A DNA stretch of 64,000 nucleotides, from IMG/VR virus record IMGVR_UViG_3300030329_005426, positions 1 to 64,000 of that record, one strand, 5' to 3'. Shown in pieces: positions 39,218-51,200 of the stretch (positions within the stretch are counted from its first letter, which is position 1; each line of letters starts with the position of its first letter). Both the position numbers and the translations under genes were made by a program. Source of the stretch: a virus. The notes under the pieces were generated by a model. It worked only from the letters and a program-made list of their open reading frames with translations. It did no database searches and had not been told where the DNA came from.

Positions 39218-39844
39218 TTATTCAGAAAAGATAGCAACTCGCTTTGTTAGAATTGTATTGATACGATCTTTTTCTTCATCAAGAATTTTAGCTGTAGATA
39301 CAGTCGCTGTTGATGCTACGTTGGATGAAGGCCAACCGGAACCGGTATTATAATTCTCAGCATTAGCAACCGCAGTCATATTTGTAATTTCAAGTAACTT
39401 TGAATCAGCTGTTGATCGAATAGACTGACGATAATTAAGAAGGGATTGAGACACAGTAGTATTAGAGGTATTAGCATTTAATTGAGTTTCATAGGCACGG
39501 ACAACTTGCCAATCACTCTGAACCAAAATAGCATAAGCTCTTTCATTAACTTCCATTGAAAGAGTATTTTTAACACTAGCAAGACTAGCAGCTGTTTTAG
39601 TTCCTGGATGTTTTACCACAGTTCCTGCATCATCATCTACAGTATATGTAGGTGAATCCCAGTTAACTGTATAAAAACGCTCATCGATACTTTCCAGTGT
39701 CATACTGTAAATACCAATATCCTTTAACTCGGAAGCTGTCCACGCAGAAAAAATCTGCGAAGAATGTTTAGTTCCGTCAATAGTAATATCTACAGGATTT
39801 AGTAACTCCTGTGATACTGACGATGATTCTACTAATGCCCACAT
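39218..39844 (-). CDS. Tail-fibre assembly chaperone-like protein
   Basis: IFSAWT..EL..IGIY and L..SDWQVVR..E...YRQSIR motifs. Confidence 0.65.
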   Translation of the reverse strand: MWALVESSSVSQELLNPVDITIDGTKHSSQIFSAWTASELKDIGIYSMTLESIDERFYTVNWDSPTYTVDDDAGTVVKHPGTKTAASLASVKNTLSMEVNERAYAILVQSDWQVVRAYETQLNANTSNTTVSQSLLNYRQSIRSTADSKLLEITNMTAVANAENYNTGSGWPSSNVASTATVSTAKILDEEKDRINTILTKRVAIFSE

Positions 39845-39845
39845 A

Positions 39846-40631
39846 TCATTCGATCCCCAATATTTGATTTGTTGTCCGTTTATCTATCCATTTATGCCAT
39901 GGAGGTAAGTATTTATACGTTTTGTACATAGCAAATTCATGTTGTTCATCTTCATTTAGCTTATTAGTTATATCTTCTGGTAAAGGCTCATACTTACCGC
40001 TTTGATACATACCTTCTACTTTTCTGGCACATCCTACACAGTTTCTGCAATCTTTAAGTCCATCATCTGTCTTAATTGGATAATGACAAGATGTAGTTAG
40101 CTGAACTAATTCAGGTGGTAACATTTGTATAATATCACGTTTACACATATGATTAACCGGTCTCAACCACTGAACATTATTATCAGTTGCTGCTTTAAAT
40201 ATTTTTAAAGCCTTATTAAATAAAGCAGAACCTGTTGTTGTTTCATCAGTTGCTATTCTCCCAGTCGCAATAGCCCTTGTATGATTTTCCCATTCAATAG
40301 GAATATGATCAGGAAGTACCATACATGCACCCAACATTGCATATAATAAATGATCTGGTGGCGCGCCTGTCCCATTAAAGGAAAAGCGTGACCATGTAAA
40401 TCGCTCTATCCATTTAGGCCCGTCACCTGTATTAGCAGGATCCCGTAACCAATTAACTACATTTTGTGCTGCTTGAAATTCTGAGGAATGCTTATGAGAA
40501 CCCCAACGATCCATAATAAGATGATGAATATGAACCGTATATCCATCTTGTATCATTTTATAAATCATTCCAGTAGAATCTAATCCACCAGACAGAAAAG
40601 CAACCACCTTCACGTGATTTGATCTTGCCAT
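39846..40631 (-). CDS. Second, divergent QueC-like PP-loop ATPase
   Basis: FLSGGLDST, P..HMCK.DI and TSC...DCRNCVGC. Lacks the QueC YVPxRN motif. Confidence 0.7.
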   Translation of the reverse strand: MARSNHVKVVAFLSGGLDSTGMIYKMIQDGYTVHIHHLIMDRWGSHKHSSEFQAAQNVVNWLRDPANTGDGPKWIERFTWSRFSFNGTGAPPDHLLYAMLGACMVLPDHIPIEWENHTRAIATGRIATDETTTGSALFNKALKIFKAATDNNVQWLRPVNHMCKRDIIQMLPPELVQLTTSCHYPIKTDDGLKDCRNCVGCARKVEGMYQSGKYEPLPEDITNKLNEDEQHEFAMYKTYKYLPPWHKWIDKRTTNQILGIE

Positions 40632-40632
40632 A

Positions 40633-41568
40633 TTAACTTACTATATCAATCCCTAATAGTAAATGAGATTTCCATGCCACAACGGGTTCAAATTTCGTAC
40701 TACAATGTAAGAAATCGGGTCTAAACATAATCATATTACCTATATACCATGGCATAACTTCTTTAATACTTAAACCCTGCTTCATTGCATTACTATGCTT
40801 ATCCCAATTAGGCGGTCCAAGGACAGCGTTAAAATTAGTACTTTTACTTCTTGTATCCTGCTCTGTAACACCTGTTAGGTCAGTTTTAATTACCATTCCG
40901 CCTGCAGTATTAGCTCTACCGTTAGCAAGGGCAGATGGTAAAAATACAACATTATTACCATATCGTTGTTCAAAAATAACTAATCCGGGACCAACTTCAG
41001 GAGATGAATTTGCGGCTGAAACCCAATGTCCATTTGCATTATATCCCGAACCAGAACCCCCAACAGCTACTGATAGGCCGTTGGCATATAACTGATTTGT
41101 TTTGCCTGAATTACCAACTGGTAAACCAAATTTATCCTTTTCTTCACCTTTCGTCGAAGTATCCGATCCCCAACCACTTGACATATAGGCTGGTTTAATA
41201 CGTAACTTAATTGGAATAATTACCGAATAATCATAATCAGAACCATCGGAATGAATTCTAGACGGGAAGGACCATGTTTTAACAGAACACGAATGTATTT
41301 TAATTTTTGTGCCTAATGAAGTCTCTATATCAGATTGTATTGCAGATTGAAGATCTGCGGGCACCGATACAGTTGATCCTAATAAGCGTTGTCTGCTTCC
41401 TGAAGTTGAACCTATAAGATTGTTTGCAGCTTGTTGATTAGTAGCAGATAAAACATTTTCTTTATAGATTATATCATACTTTTCCGGATTATAAACAGCA
41501 TCTCTGATCCAGTAATCAGATTCTGCTGCGCGAGATACAGTATTAGATATAGCGGATTTAACTTCCAT
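40633..41568 (-). CDS. Divergent 2OG-Fe(II) oxygenase-like protein
   Basis: RIHSD...IIPI...W.IG....F....LHCS DSBH motifs with Gly/Asn-rich inserts. Confidence 0.55.
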   Translation of the reverse strand: MEVKSAISNTVSRAAESDYWIRDAVYNPEKYDIIYKENVLSATNQQAANNLIGSTSGSRQRLLGSTVSVPADLQSAIQSDIETSLGTKIKIHSCSVKTWSFPSRIHSDGSDYDYSVIIPIKLRIKPAYMSSGWGSDTSTKGEEKDKFGLPVGNSGKTNQLYANGLSVAVGGSGSGYNANGHWVSAANSSPEVGPGLVIFEQRYGNNVVFLPSALANGRANTAGGMVIKTDLTGVTEQDTRSKSTNFNAVLGPPNWDKHSNAMKQGLSIKEVMPWYIGNMIMFRPDFLHCSTKFEPVVAWKSHLLLGIDIVS

Positions 41569-42254
41569 TAACTTGCACTCCCACGCCGAGTTCCTGTCGC
41601 AGACCAAGTAATAGTATTACCATTTGAAACAATATAATAACCCGCAGCACCTCCTGATCCCTGTGGTGAAGGTTGACCTGCTGTACCAAGCCCGCCACCA
41701 GTACCAGCATTATGCCCAGCGGGACCACCAGCAGATGTACTAGCACCCGGATTACCCGGAGCATATCCTGCACCACCACCACCGGCACCTCCAGGATGTG
41801 TTGTGGGAGGGGTCGGATTAGGCGGATCATTTTCACCACCTGGTTGGTTTGGATTCGGACTAGATGTAGGATTACCTTGACGTCCTGCACCACCACCACC
41901 AGATACAGCACTATTATTTTGAATAGTCATTGGATATTGTGCACTAATAGCAGTACCACCGGCGACATGAGGTGCATTACCACCAGCACCCATAATATCA
42001 CCGTTATTAATAACAGTAATTTTGGAGCCAGGTGGAAATGGGTTCCCGGTAAGGAAGGCCGCGTTTGGTGAATTTGGGGCACCTTGAATTACACCAGAAT
42101 TGATTGTTACCGTAACATCTATAGGCCGGTTGGGATTCCAGTTTGAATTAGCAAGTATATAAGTGCGCATGTTGTGTTGGGTAGTTGTAGAACTTGTTAT
42201 ACTATATGAGTATAAAAAAGTTCCTCCACCGAACCATGGATTTCCTAACGCCAT
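41568..42254 (-). CDS. Glycine-rich tail-fibre tip adhesin (T2/S16 gp38-like)
   Basis: TINSGV, NNG.I.GAGG, GGTAI and I.N...VSGGGGAG motifs with poly-Gly repeats. Confidence 0.8.
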   Translation of the reverse strand: MALGNPWFGGGTFLYSYSITSSTTTQHNMRTYILANSNWNPNRPIDVTVTINSGVIQGAPNSPNAAFLTGNPFPPGSKITVINNGDIMGAGGNAPHVAGGTAISAQYPMTIQNNSAVSGGGGAGRQGNPTSSPNPNQPGGENDPPNPTPPTTHPGGAGGGGAGYAPGNPGASTSAGGPAGHNAGTGGGLGTAGQPSPQGSGGAAGYYIVSNGNTITWSATGTRRGSAS

Positions 42255-42320
42255 ATCATAAACCCTTCGTAGAATGCTTTATGAATATTATAAGGCATCT
42301 TAAACATAATATCAACCCTT

Positions 42321-43493
42321 TTAACTAAATGTCTTATTAACATCGCCAAGTAGAATTCTACCAGGTGCTAATACAAAATAAGGAATCAAGTCAGTTGCAC
42401 CTGCGGCTGTTGAAAGTGTAATTCCAGATCCACTCGTAGTTTCGTAATCTGTACCAAGCGAAAGTGTTCTGCTTCCTGAGCCATCTTGAATAATAACAAT
42501 CGTCCCTGTACAACCAGATACTTCTGTTGATGGATTAGCTAATGTAATATTACCAGTTGCGGTTAATCTAAAGTGCTGATAACTTCCGAAATCAAGTGTA
42601 ACAGAACCAGTTGCACTGGTATTCGTATTAATAGCTGAGTTTGCGGTGCCCTTTACTTGAACACCAATGCTCGTCGTCGCAAACTTATTAACATTATTAT
42701 GGTAAAGATCAACAGCACCATTCAACGTAGTGGTAATAGCATTTTCACTTGTTGAGGAAGTTCTGAAATAGAAGTTATCGGCTTGCACATAGAAGTCACC
42801 AGTTCCACTATGAGACAATGCTGAATTATTTCCATCGTGGTAAATTGACAAGTCATTAGCATTACCAAAATTAACCCTATGGCTATCTTCGAATCTAGTG
42901 TTTGCTTGCATTACAATCTGACCAGTTACTGTACCACCTGCTTTTGGTAGTGCGGCAGACGCGGTCGTTGCAGTTGCAGCAATATAAGAGTTCGTATTAG
43001 CTAGGTTACTAGCTTGCTTAGCCTCTTGTGTATCAAGAGCAGACTGTGTATTCGTATTTAATAGTCGTATTGCTGTATTAGTAGCTAATAAGTTTGTATT
43101 AAGATTGCCAATTGCTAAGTTAGTATTAGCCAACTGTACGTCTGTTGACATTGATGCAATATAGGCATTAGTATTGGCCAGCGCTGCAAGATGATCTGCT
43201 TGGCTTGCCTTTGTAGCAATGTATGTGTTTGTATTTGCTAGGTTACTAGCTTGTTTTGCTTCTTGAGTATCTAGATCAGCTTGACTTGCTTTTAGTGCTA
43301 GTTGAGTCGAATTGGCATAACGTGAATCAGAATCTTGACCCTTTACGTTCAAGGCGACGTTCGCAGATATTGTATTTGCATACAGTGCAGACTCTGAGAC
43401 AGCAAACTGATTCAGTCTAACATACGACTTATTTGCCGATGATAACCAGTCTGTGAATGTCTGGGATGAAACTATTTCAGATATCTGTGTCAT
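42321..43493 (-). CDS. Tail fibre protein with LANTN coiled coil
   Basis: TFTDW N-terminus, LPKAGGTVTG, FGNANDLSIYHDG, C-terminal QDGSGSRTL domain. Confidence 0.85.
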   Translation of the reverse strand: MTQISEIVSSQTFTDWLSSANKSYVRLNQFAVSESALYANTISANVALNVKGQDSDSRYANSTQLALKASQADLDTQEAKQASNLANTNTYIATKASQADHLAALANTNAYIASMSTDVQLANTNLAIGNLNTNLLATNTAIRLLNTNTQSALDTQEAKQASNLANTNSYIAATATTASAALPKAGGTVTGQIVMQANTRFEDSHRVNFGNANDLSIYHDGNNSALSHSGTGDFYVQADNFYFRTSSTSENAITTTLNGAVDLYHNNVNKFATTSIGVQVKGTANSAINTNTSATGSVTLDFGSYQHFRLTATGNITLANPSTEVSGCTGTIVIIQDGSGSRTLSLGTDYETTSGSGITLSTAAGATDLIPYFVLAPGRILLGDVNKTFS

Positions 43494-43511
43494 GTCTTTA
43501 TTTATCCTTTA

Positions 43512-45002
43512 TTAAGCATATGCCTGAGTGACCGGCGCAAGTAAAATTCGTCCAGGGCCTACTATATAATAAGGAACAACATCGGTTGCACTTGCAGCTG
43601 TTGATAAAGTAATTCCACCTCCATTTTCAGTTTCGTAATCAGTGCCGAGTGAAAGAGTTCGGCTTCCTGTACCATCTTGTTTAAATACAATCAATCCACT
43701 CTGTCCTGTTCTTTCTGTTGTTGGATTGGCTAATGTTACAGCACCTGAAAGAGTGAGATAAAAATTTTGATATGTTTCAAAATCTAGTGTAACAGATCCG
43801 GATGTTGTAACAGTATACTGAGAGCAATTAGCTGATTTAGTAACCCATGTAGTACCTAAAGATGTTGATCCACCTGTCATACTCGTCGTACCATTAACAG
43901 TCAGCGCGGTTAATGTACCTACCGAAGTAATATTCGGTTGAGCAGCTGTGCCTAACGTACCATAAACATTATCGGCATACAATGTTTGCCATTCGTTCCC
44001 AGAGGCACCTAGATCATATGTACTATCTGTTCCAGGAACCACATTGGCTGTTGCTTTAATACTTTGAGAAAGAATTTGTACTTTAGTCGCACCATTCGCA
44101 ACAAAGCTTATTTCATCAGCAGCACCATCTATCCGCGTATCAGCATCCCATCTTATATGTTGTCCTGTATCAATCGCAATATTACCACCGGAGATGTGTA
44201 ATTTTTGTGTAGGAGAAGTCTGACCTATACCTACATTTTTCGATGAGTTAATTGTTACTACTTCAGTACCACCCGAATACCACGATGCTGTATTAGCTGA
44301 TGTTTGTTTAATTTCAACATTAGCTCCGAAACGAACACCCTTACCTGATGATAATGTAAGTCCATCACCACCAAAGTCTAGGATTTCTGTTGTCGATCCA
44401 CTACTTAAAGCTTTGACAACAATCTTACCATCTTCTGTTCCTGCCGATTGATCGACAATTTCACCAATCAGTGAGGCGTAATCTTTTACAACAGCAGCGT
44501 TATTTTTTCCTCTAAAGTTCATTTGGCCGAGTAAATCAGTACCAGCAGGTGTTGCACTATTTCTATAAAGAGTAAATAGTGGTGCAGCCGAGGCGCCTGA
44601 GTTACTATTTTCTATTACTGCTTCATCTGTAACAGCGTCAAGATAGACATGAAACTTTTCCGTTGGCGTTGCATGGAACCCGACATTAGCTCCCTTCAAA
44701 ATTAATCTATCATTACCAGCAATAGTAAATTTAACAATATCATCAACACCTGCTGACAAAGTACTATCTTGATCAGCATCAAGCATAATGGTTTGGCCAT
44801 TAGCATTAAAGGCTGACTGTAGAATTGTATTACCCGATGATTTAAAACTTGAAGCAATAAAATTTACATTTGCTACAATTGTATTAGCATATAATGTTGA
44901 TTCATTTACGGCAAACTGATTGAGCCGAGAGAAAGCCTGATTAGACCGTATTCTCCACGCGTCAAATGTATCTGTTAAATTGACGTTTGCAATAGCTGCC
45001 AT
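43512..45002 (-). CDS. Tail fibre protein
   Basis: DTFDAWR N-terminus, NVGIGQTSP.QKLHI repeat, P.TD.TYDLG, and a QDGTGSRTL C-terminal domain paralogous to that of 42321..43493. Confidence 0.85.
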   Translation of the reverse strand: MAAIANVNLTDTFDAWRIRSNQAFSRLNQFAVNESTLYANTIVANVNFIASSFKSSGNTILQSAFNANGQTIMLDADQDSTLSAGVDDIVKFTIAGNDRLILKGANVGFHATPTEKFHVYLDAVTDEAVIENSNSGASAAPLFTLYRNSATPAGTDLLGQMNFRGKNNAAVVKDYASLIGEIVDQSAGTEDGKIVVKALSSGSTTEILDFGGDGLTLSSGKGVRFGANVEIKQTSANTASWYSGGTEVVTINSSKNVGIGQTSPTQKLHISGGNIAIDTGQHIRWDADTRIDGAADEISFVANGATKVQILSQSIKATANVVPGTDSTYDLGASGNEWQTLYADNVYGTLGTAAQPNITSVGTLTALTVNGTTSMTGGSTSLGTTWVTKSANCSQYTVTTSGSVTLDFETYQNFYLTLSGAVTLANPTTERTGQSGLIVFKQDGTGSRTLSLGTDYETENGGGITLSTAASATDVVPYYIVGPGRILLAPVTQAYA

Positions 45003-45004
45003 GG

Positions 45005-45238
45005 TTATTTCCCTGCCTTATCTATTAATTGATGAAGCAAGCCTTTAATATCGGAAATCTCTGTTTTCAATTCTTCGACTTCTTCTAATACATTATTTAC
45101 CCGTTGACTATACTTCTTCTTCTTTTTATATTGCGCTAAAGCGTCTAAATCTGTATTAACAATAGCAGTAGAATCTACTCTCCTGTACCAGCCGACAGCA
45201 TCTTCTACTTTCAAAAAATTTGCATTTTCTCTTCCCAT
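45005..45238 (-). CDS. Small conserved coiled-coil protein
   Basis: AIVNTD...LK.EISDIK.LL pattern, follows the DUF4815 gene. Confidence 0.65.
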   Translation of the reverse strand: MGRENANFLKVEDAVGWYRRVDSTAIVNTDLDALAQYKKKKKYSQRVNNVLEEVEELKTEISDIKGLLHQLIDKAGK

Positions 45239-45242
45239 GATA

Positions 45243-48200
45243 TTATACCAATAACGCTATAGCTCGAATATCTTTCATTCGAGGTGGATTTGTTTTAGTA
45301 GAAGATAACATTACAACCTTAAGTCTAAAACGCTTATATCCTTTAAATGAAACACCTTGACTATTAGTATACTCTACTTCACCACCAGCTCCAGTTAATT
45401 TTGCTTCAGGAAAACTATACGTGTATTCTTTAAAGTCTGTTGTATCTTCATTGTCCGATACAATTGCTGAATTAGTATCTTGTTCTAATGCTTGCCAAGA
45501 TGCATCTTCCATTGTATCACTATCATCAGCATTAATTACTTTTGCATATACTTCAATTGTCGCTGATGCGTTTTTATATGCTGTGATATAAACTTTTAGA
45601 TCATCGCTATCTTGACCATCATCAAGTGTAACTGTCTTAGTAATATACCTGCATTGTGCATTACCGCCTGCCGTATTAGCTTCGCCGGTTGAATCGTTAT
45701 TGATAAGATTTTTAACAGTTGTTAAATCAAATCTTTCAACATCAACCGCAGGTGATACAGATACATCTTGACTGCTTAATGTTAGTTTATATTCAGCTGA
45801 TTTTTCACTATTGAGCGTTGCAATTTCATTACTTCTACTTAGAATATATCGTGCTCTGGCAGGAAAATGTGTATTCTCGTTTGCATTCATTGTTATAAAG
45901 TTTGCATCACGTGCTGATACTGATGTCGCCCATTTTGCAGCTGTAGTTAACGTCGCACCTTTAGGTACAAGTGCTTGTTGTTTTGTATGAACAGAATGAA
46001 CGGACAAATTATCTATTGTCGTAATTCTCGATGTTGCTTGAGAAACGCCCTGACCTTTAATCCATGTATTAGCCGCAAATGAACCTGATGTGTTTGCAAG
46101 ATGTAGATAATTATTACCTGCTGTCACTGTATCATAGAAATACACTTTACCTGTTGGTGTTGTAGTACTACTTAATGTTCCAGTAACGCCAGTTGTTAAA
46201 TTATTAGAATGTTTAAATGTAATAGTTTCACCATCACTAAACATTGTTGATGTAACGTTTGATACTCTTACAGTTGAAGATGATACATTTGTTACAAAAC
46301 CGTTCGCACCAGAGCTTCCGCCACTAGCATAAATTGTATTAGCTGCCGTATCCAATCCAGAAACGGTAGCGCCCATAGTCATGGTTGTTTCACCACGAAC
46401 CTCTTCGCCTGATGCATAAAACCCTGTTGATACATTATCGACGGATAGGTATTCTTTATTGGCGTTCTTAAGAATAGCTGTTCCATTTGTATTCTGGAAT
46501 GAGCAATAATATAGATTAAATTTAAGATCTTCTTCTTGGATAGGTGACCAAGTTTTATTATTCGATGAAGCATATAAGATACCCGAAAACGGCCTTTTTG
46601 AAATGCGTTCACCTGTGATTGTATCTTTACCACCTAGCCGTGCCACATAAGCTCTATAATCTGGGTTTTGGCCACCTGGCCTTACTACAAAAGCATATTC
46701 CATATTATTAAGTAAGAATACGGGTGTAGTGAAATAAACCGGTGTTGGTGCCGAACCATCTTCACTAATATTAACGTGTTCTGGTTCCACACCGATAATT
46801 CCGAAAGGAAGAATCTTATTTGTAATCGCTTGTGCAGATTGATCTACTTCTCGAATTTCACACCATACAGGTAATGTTTTATGTTTGGTTCTAAAGAACA
46901 AATCAATTTTAGATAAGAACACTCCACCGGCACTAAATGATCCCATTTGATCCCATGAATTAACATGGAATGTTTGAGCGAGTGGTTCATCACCACCATC
47001 ATCACCACAACCGTCACCGTCGCCATCCCAATCATCAAAAAATTGAGGAGGAGGTGGAAATGGAGTAAACGAAGATGATGTAGAACTAGATACTAATGTT
47101 CTCTGCTCTCGTACATCTTGGAAACCTAATGTTGCTTGTCGTGTTGATAGAACAGTTTCCTGTTTCTCTTGATGTAATCCCTGTGCTGTATATTGTGATT
47201 GTGCTGATGTTACAACCTGGCCTTCTTCATTACCATTATTAAATGAATCGGTTAACCTAAACATTTTTGTTCCGGTACGAAATTTTAGATTATCATCATT
47301 TGGCAATCTGAATATACCATAGAAGTTACCATCATCATCAGTTTGAAGTCTAGATCCCTCACTGCCTGTATTAGCATATTCACTATTAGCAGGGGTAATA
47401 TAAGCATTTACATCTACACTATCGAAGAAACCGTATATCCTAGTACTAGGCTTCATGCCACGCGCGGCAATTAAAACTGGCCGTGAGCGCATATAACCCA
47501 CAATATTCATATTAACTACTTTACTGCCTAATCTAGTTGTTTCTGTAGATTCATTAACCGTTGCAGTTACACCCGAACGTGTTTGATTTTGTGTAGTAGT
47601 TGTTGTTGTACTTGTAGTAATACCGGCTCCACTTGTAGATGAAGATGTGGATGAAGTTGATCCAGACCAAACCGTTTCCCAACTATTCCATTGAGTACCC
47701 CAAGCATTTGCCAAGTTAACCCAGTTCTGTGAGTTGTTATCAAAATCAACGGTAAGATCAGGTTTTGTAGTAGTATCAACCCATGTGTCTCCATCAGGTG
47801 AAAGAACTAATTGTCCGTTCCATCTCCACATTAAACCTGCTGTGTTTCGAATAGTCGAAGCATATTTTTGATTAATAACCTGATCATGAGAATATGGTAA
47901 TGTAATTAACTTGCCAGTCGTACCACTCATATCCATTGCAGTTTTCACTTCAGAGATTGTAGATGATGTGCTACTTGCACCTCCGACAGCACTTGCACCT
48001 GCAATAAATGTGCCGGTCACATCTTCGATATAAAGTCTTGTTCCGACCTGATACGTTAGTTTACCAGAAGCAGCACCGGCTGTAATTGTTTCGCCATTAG
48101 TATATGTACCTGAAGCTATTTCAATTCGAACATCCGATGGGTTAATCACAGTACCTGCACTATTAGCAGAATGATAAACCATATCAGAATTATCGATTTT

Positions 48201-51200
48201 AAAAGTAGGTCTAGCCTCACCGGCTGTAGGATCAATAGCGACCGCATAGTCTACATCAACAGTGTCGCCCACTCTATGCCCCGAGAAATTATCGACAAGG
48301 ATGCCATTTTTAAATCTATTATTACCAGCGACATCAGAAATAGCAAGATCACTTGCTTCTTTTTCAAGCAATGATAATGAAGTATAATATTCAAGACGTC
48401 CAATTCTACGATCAAGATCACCAATATCTCTCATTGTATATCGACGTTGATCCAGCTTTTCTAGTGTAATACCAAGATCCGCTCGGCCCGCTTTAGTAGC
48501 TTCAAGCATCGGTAATGACGGATATGGTGTAAGTCTTAGTTTAGCCAATACAATTGCATCACCAGGCTCTGGCGGGCCTGCCGGATGCAGTGAGGGTGAT
48601 CCCTTAACAACTTGTAATGACCCTGACTTGTTAAGACAAATTAAATCAACGCGTTTTAGATAATAAGAAAGGTCAACTGTAAAGCTTTCATTCGGTGGCA
48701 TAAAATATACACCGCCGCTTGGTTGATCTATACTTGTACTTGTTGCTGGGTTAACCGAGGCTGAACCGACTGATTGTGTAGCAGTAGCTGTATCAGCAAT
48801 ACGTGGCCTGATATCAAAGCTGTCTCGTAAACTAAATGATTTACCATCAGTTGGTGAAATATAAACTGGTATCTGTTCTGTCTGAATAGCATTTGTATTA
48901 GCACTATTGTTATCATCTATTGGATAACTATCAACACTAAAGTATCCAACACCTGTTGCAGTACTATGGGTAAAGTAACATAACTCTACCAAAAATACAT
49001 CATTAGATCCAACGGTATGTGTTCCTGTTCCCTTCTTCTTTAATTTAGCATGATCATAGAAATTGTCATTCTGCCCTGTAATTAATTCAAAAGAAGATGT
49101 AACATCGGTTCCTTGAGACGCCGATGTAAATAATGTATCATCTGTTCTAGCACGTACCGAAATAATTTTAAAAACATCTGAAAGGCCGAGATTCCAAGGG
49201 CCTGTGGTAGTCGCTGAATGCGATGAACATCTGATTTGAACATAATAACTTTTCCTAACAGTCTTAGCTTTTTCACGCCCGTCAACCTTTTTAAGCTCGG
49301 TCGTTACTGTAGCAGACATTGTACTATTAAGTGTTTCTTGGATATCAAAAGAAGCTGATGTGGTAGATCCAATGGTTACTGACCTATTACCATCTGCACC
49401 AACACCACCCATATCAATTACTTGTCCTGGCGTAAATTGTTTAGTAGCAGCTGCACCTGATACCGCACCAGATGGTTGCTGATGCAATGTCATACTAGTT
49501 GTACTTGCGATAGAATTAACAGTATACGTCGTTGCGTCGCCGACAAATTTAATTCGATCTCCAGTATTTAATTGGGTTGACATTGCAGTACCTGAACCAG
49601 TAACAGTAGTGCTACTAGCAGATGTTGTAAATGTTCCTGTTAATGTCGAGTTATTATTTCCAGAGGCATTTGTAACAACCCAAAAACCACCGCGCTTCTG
49701 TGTCGCATTCAGTGCACCTGTAGAAAACGGCCATTGCTCATCTGAGTTATCCGTAGTAATAGTAAAGGTACCATCTGTTGCAATAGTAACATCAAATTTG
49801 TAATGAAATTTAAAATTATTATCAAGTGAACCACCCGCGTCTCGTAATGTTTTAATATAAGAAGCAGGAATTGGATAAATGGCTCTATTAAAACTTGTCT
49901 CGTTTAATTTTGCAACACTATTTGTGAGAACGATATCGGCTCGAGCGTCAGCAGTAGATGATTGATTATAAACAATAGAACGTGTATTACTAAAAGCGGC
50001 ATTAGACATTTTGATATCATATAGATATGCAGATGCCGATCCATCATTCGATCCTTTAGTACCGGAAGAATGTTGTAATGATCTTATCCGTGCATGACCA
50101 ATAACAGCACCGGCTGGTCCTGTTGTACTAACTTCTCCATTACTAACTGCATTCGAGGGAGCGTTTCTAAGCTCAACCTGTGCATGTGAATCTGTTGGAA
50201 AGTTACCTACTACTTCATCAACGGTTACATAGTTACCGTAGTTAGCAGGAATAGTAAGTGCTTCAATATCTTCGGTGCTATTTGCTTTTTCAACCCTAAC
50301 TCTGCGTGTTGAAATAAGTTCTAAATCATATCCGCTAACATATGCTTTACCTGGTTCGACAGATACTGCAAGTAAGTTTGTATTACCTGGATTAGTTGAA
50401 TCAGTAGAAAGAAATAACCCACCATTGTTTCCATCTTTAAGATGTTCGGAAACCTTTACTTGTAATCCACGAACAACATAATCACCGGATTCGTCAAATG
50501 TTCTTCCAGCCATATAATCTCTAATCTTATTATATGGTGGTTTTATTGTATCGTTACTTACTATTTTACCATTTCGTAATTCTGCGATCTGAATAAATGT
50601 ATTAGCGGCTGTATTAGCCTCATCATATGTCATTAACTTGGTAGATAGTTTTAATCGGTTAGCACCTGGTGCTGCATAGTTATATGCGCCTTGTGCGGGA
50701 TCAAGTAACGTAGTATCTAATTCAGATGATACGATATCTTCGACAACTTTAAAACCAACACGGCCTGTATAATGTCGTCCGTATTTTTGAAGAATAATTG
50801 TTTGTTCTTCTGATCTAATAAAGTGATCTTTGGCATATAGAACACCTTCACCAACGGTCATCATTATACCATTACCAGTGGCCTGCGAAACTGTACTAAT
50901 TAAATTTGCCTGATACACTGGCGATGTATTAGATGAAATCTGTTCCCCAGCATTAAATACATTAGAAGCACCATTTGAGCTGCCTTTAGTGTATCTAATA
51001 TACATTGTTTTAAAATCAGGATCAGATGCTTCGGCACCTTCAACTACTCTAGTAACTTCTGCTTGTGCGCCTGAAGTTCCGCCTGTAATTAATGAACCTA
51101 CGAAATTACTTAATGTAACTGTTGATCCGTTTGATGAAGTATCTCTGACTCGAACAAATTGAATCTGAGGTTCCAGAACTGTCTCACCACCACTTATAAA

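Noticed and set aside
41558-41911. Hydrophobic 117-aa ORF, possible membrane protein
   Set aside because: Alternate-frame artefact of Gly-rich GGT codons in the adhesin gene
42255-42320. Imperfect inverted repeat upstream of the adhesin as terminator or invertible switch
   Set aside because: AT-rich stem with a mismatch on the coding strand, no U-tract, and no recombinase nearby
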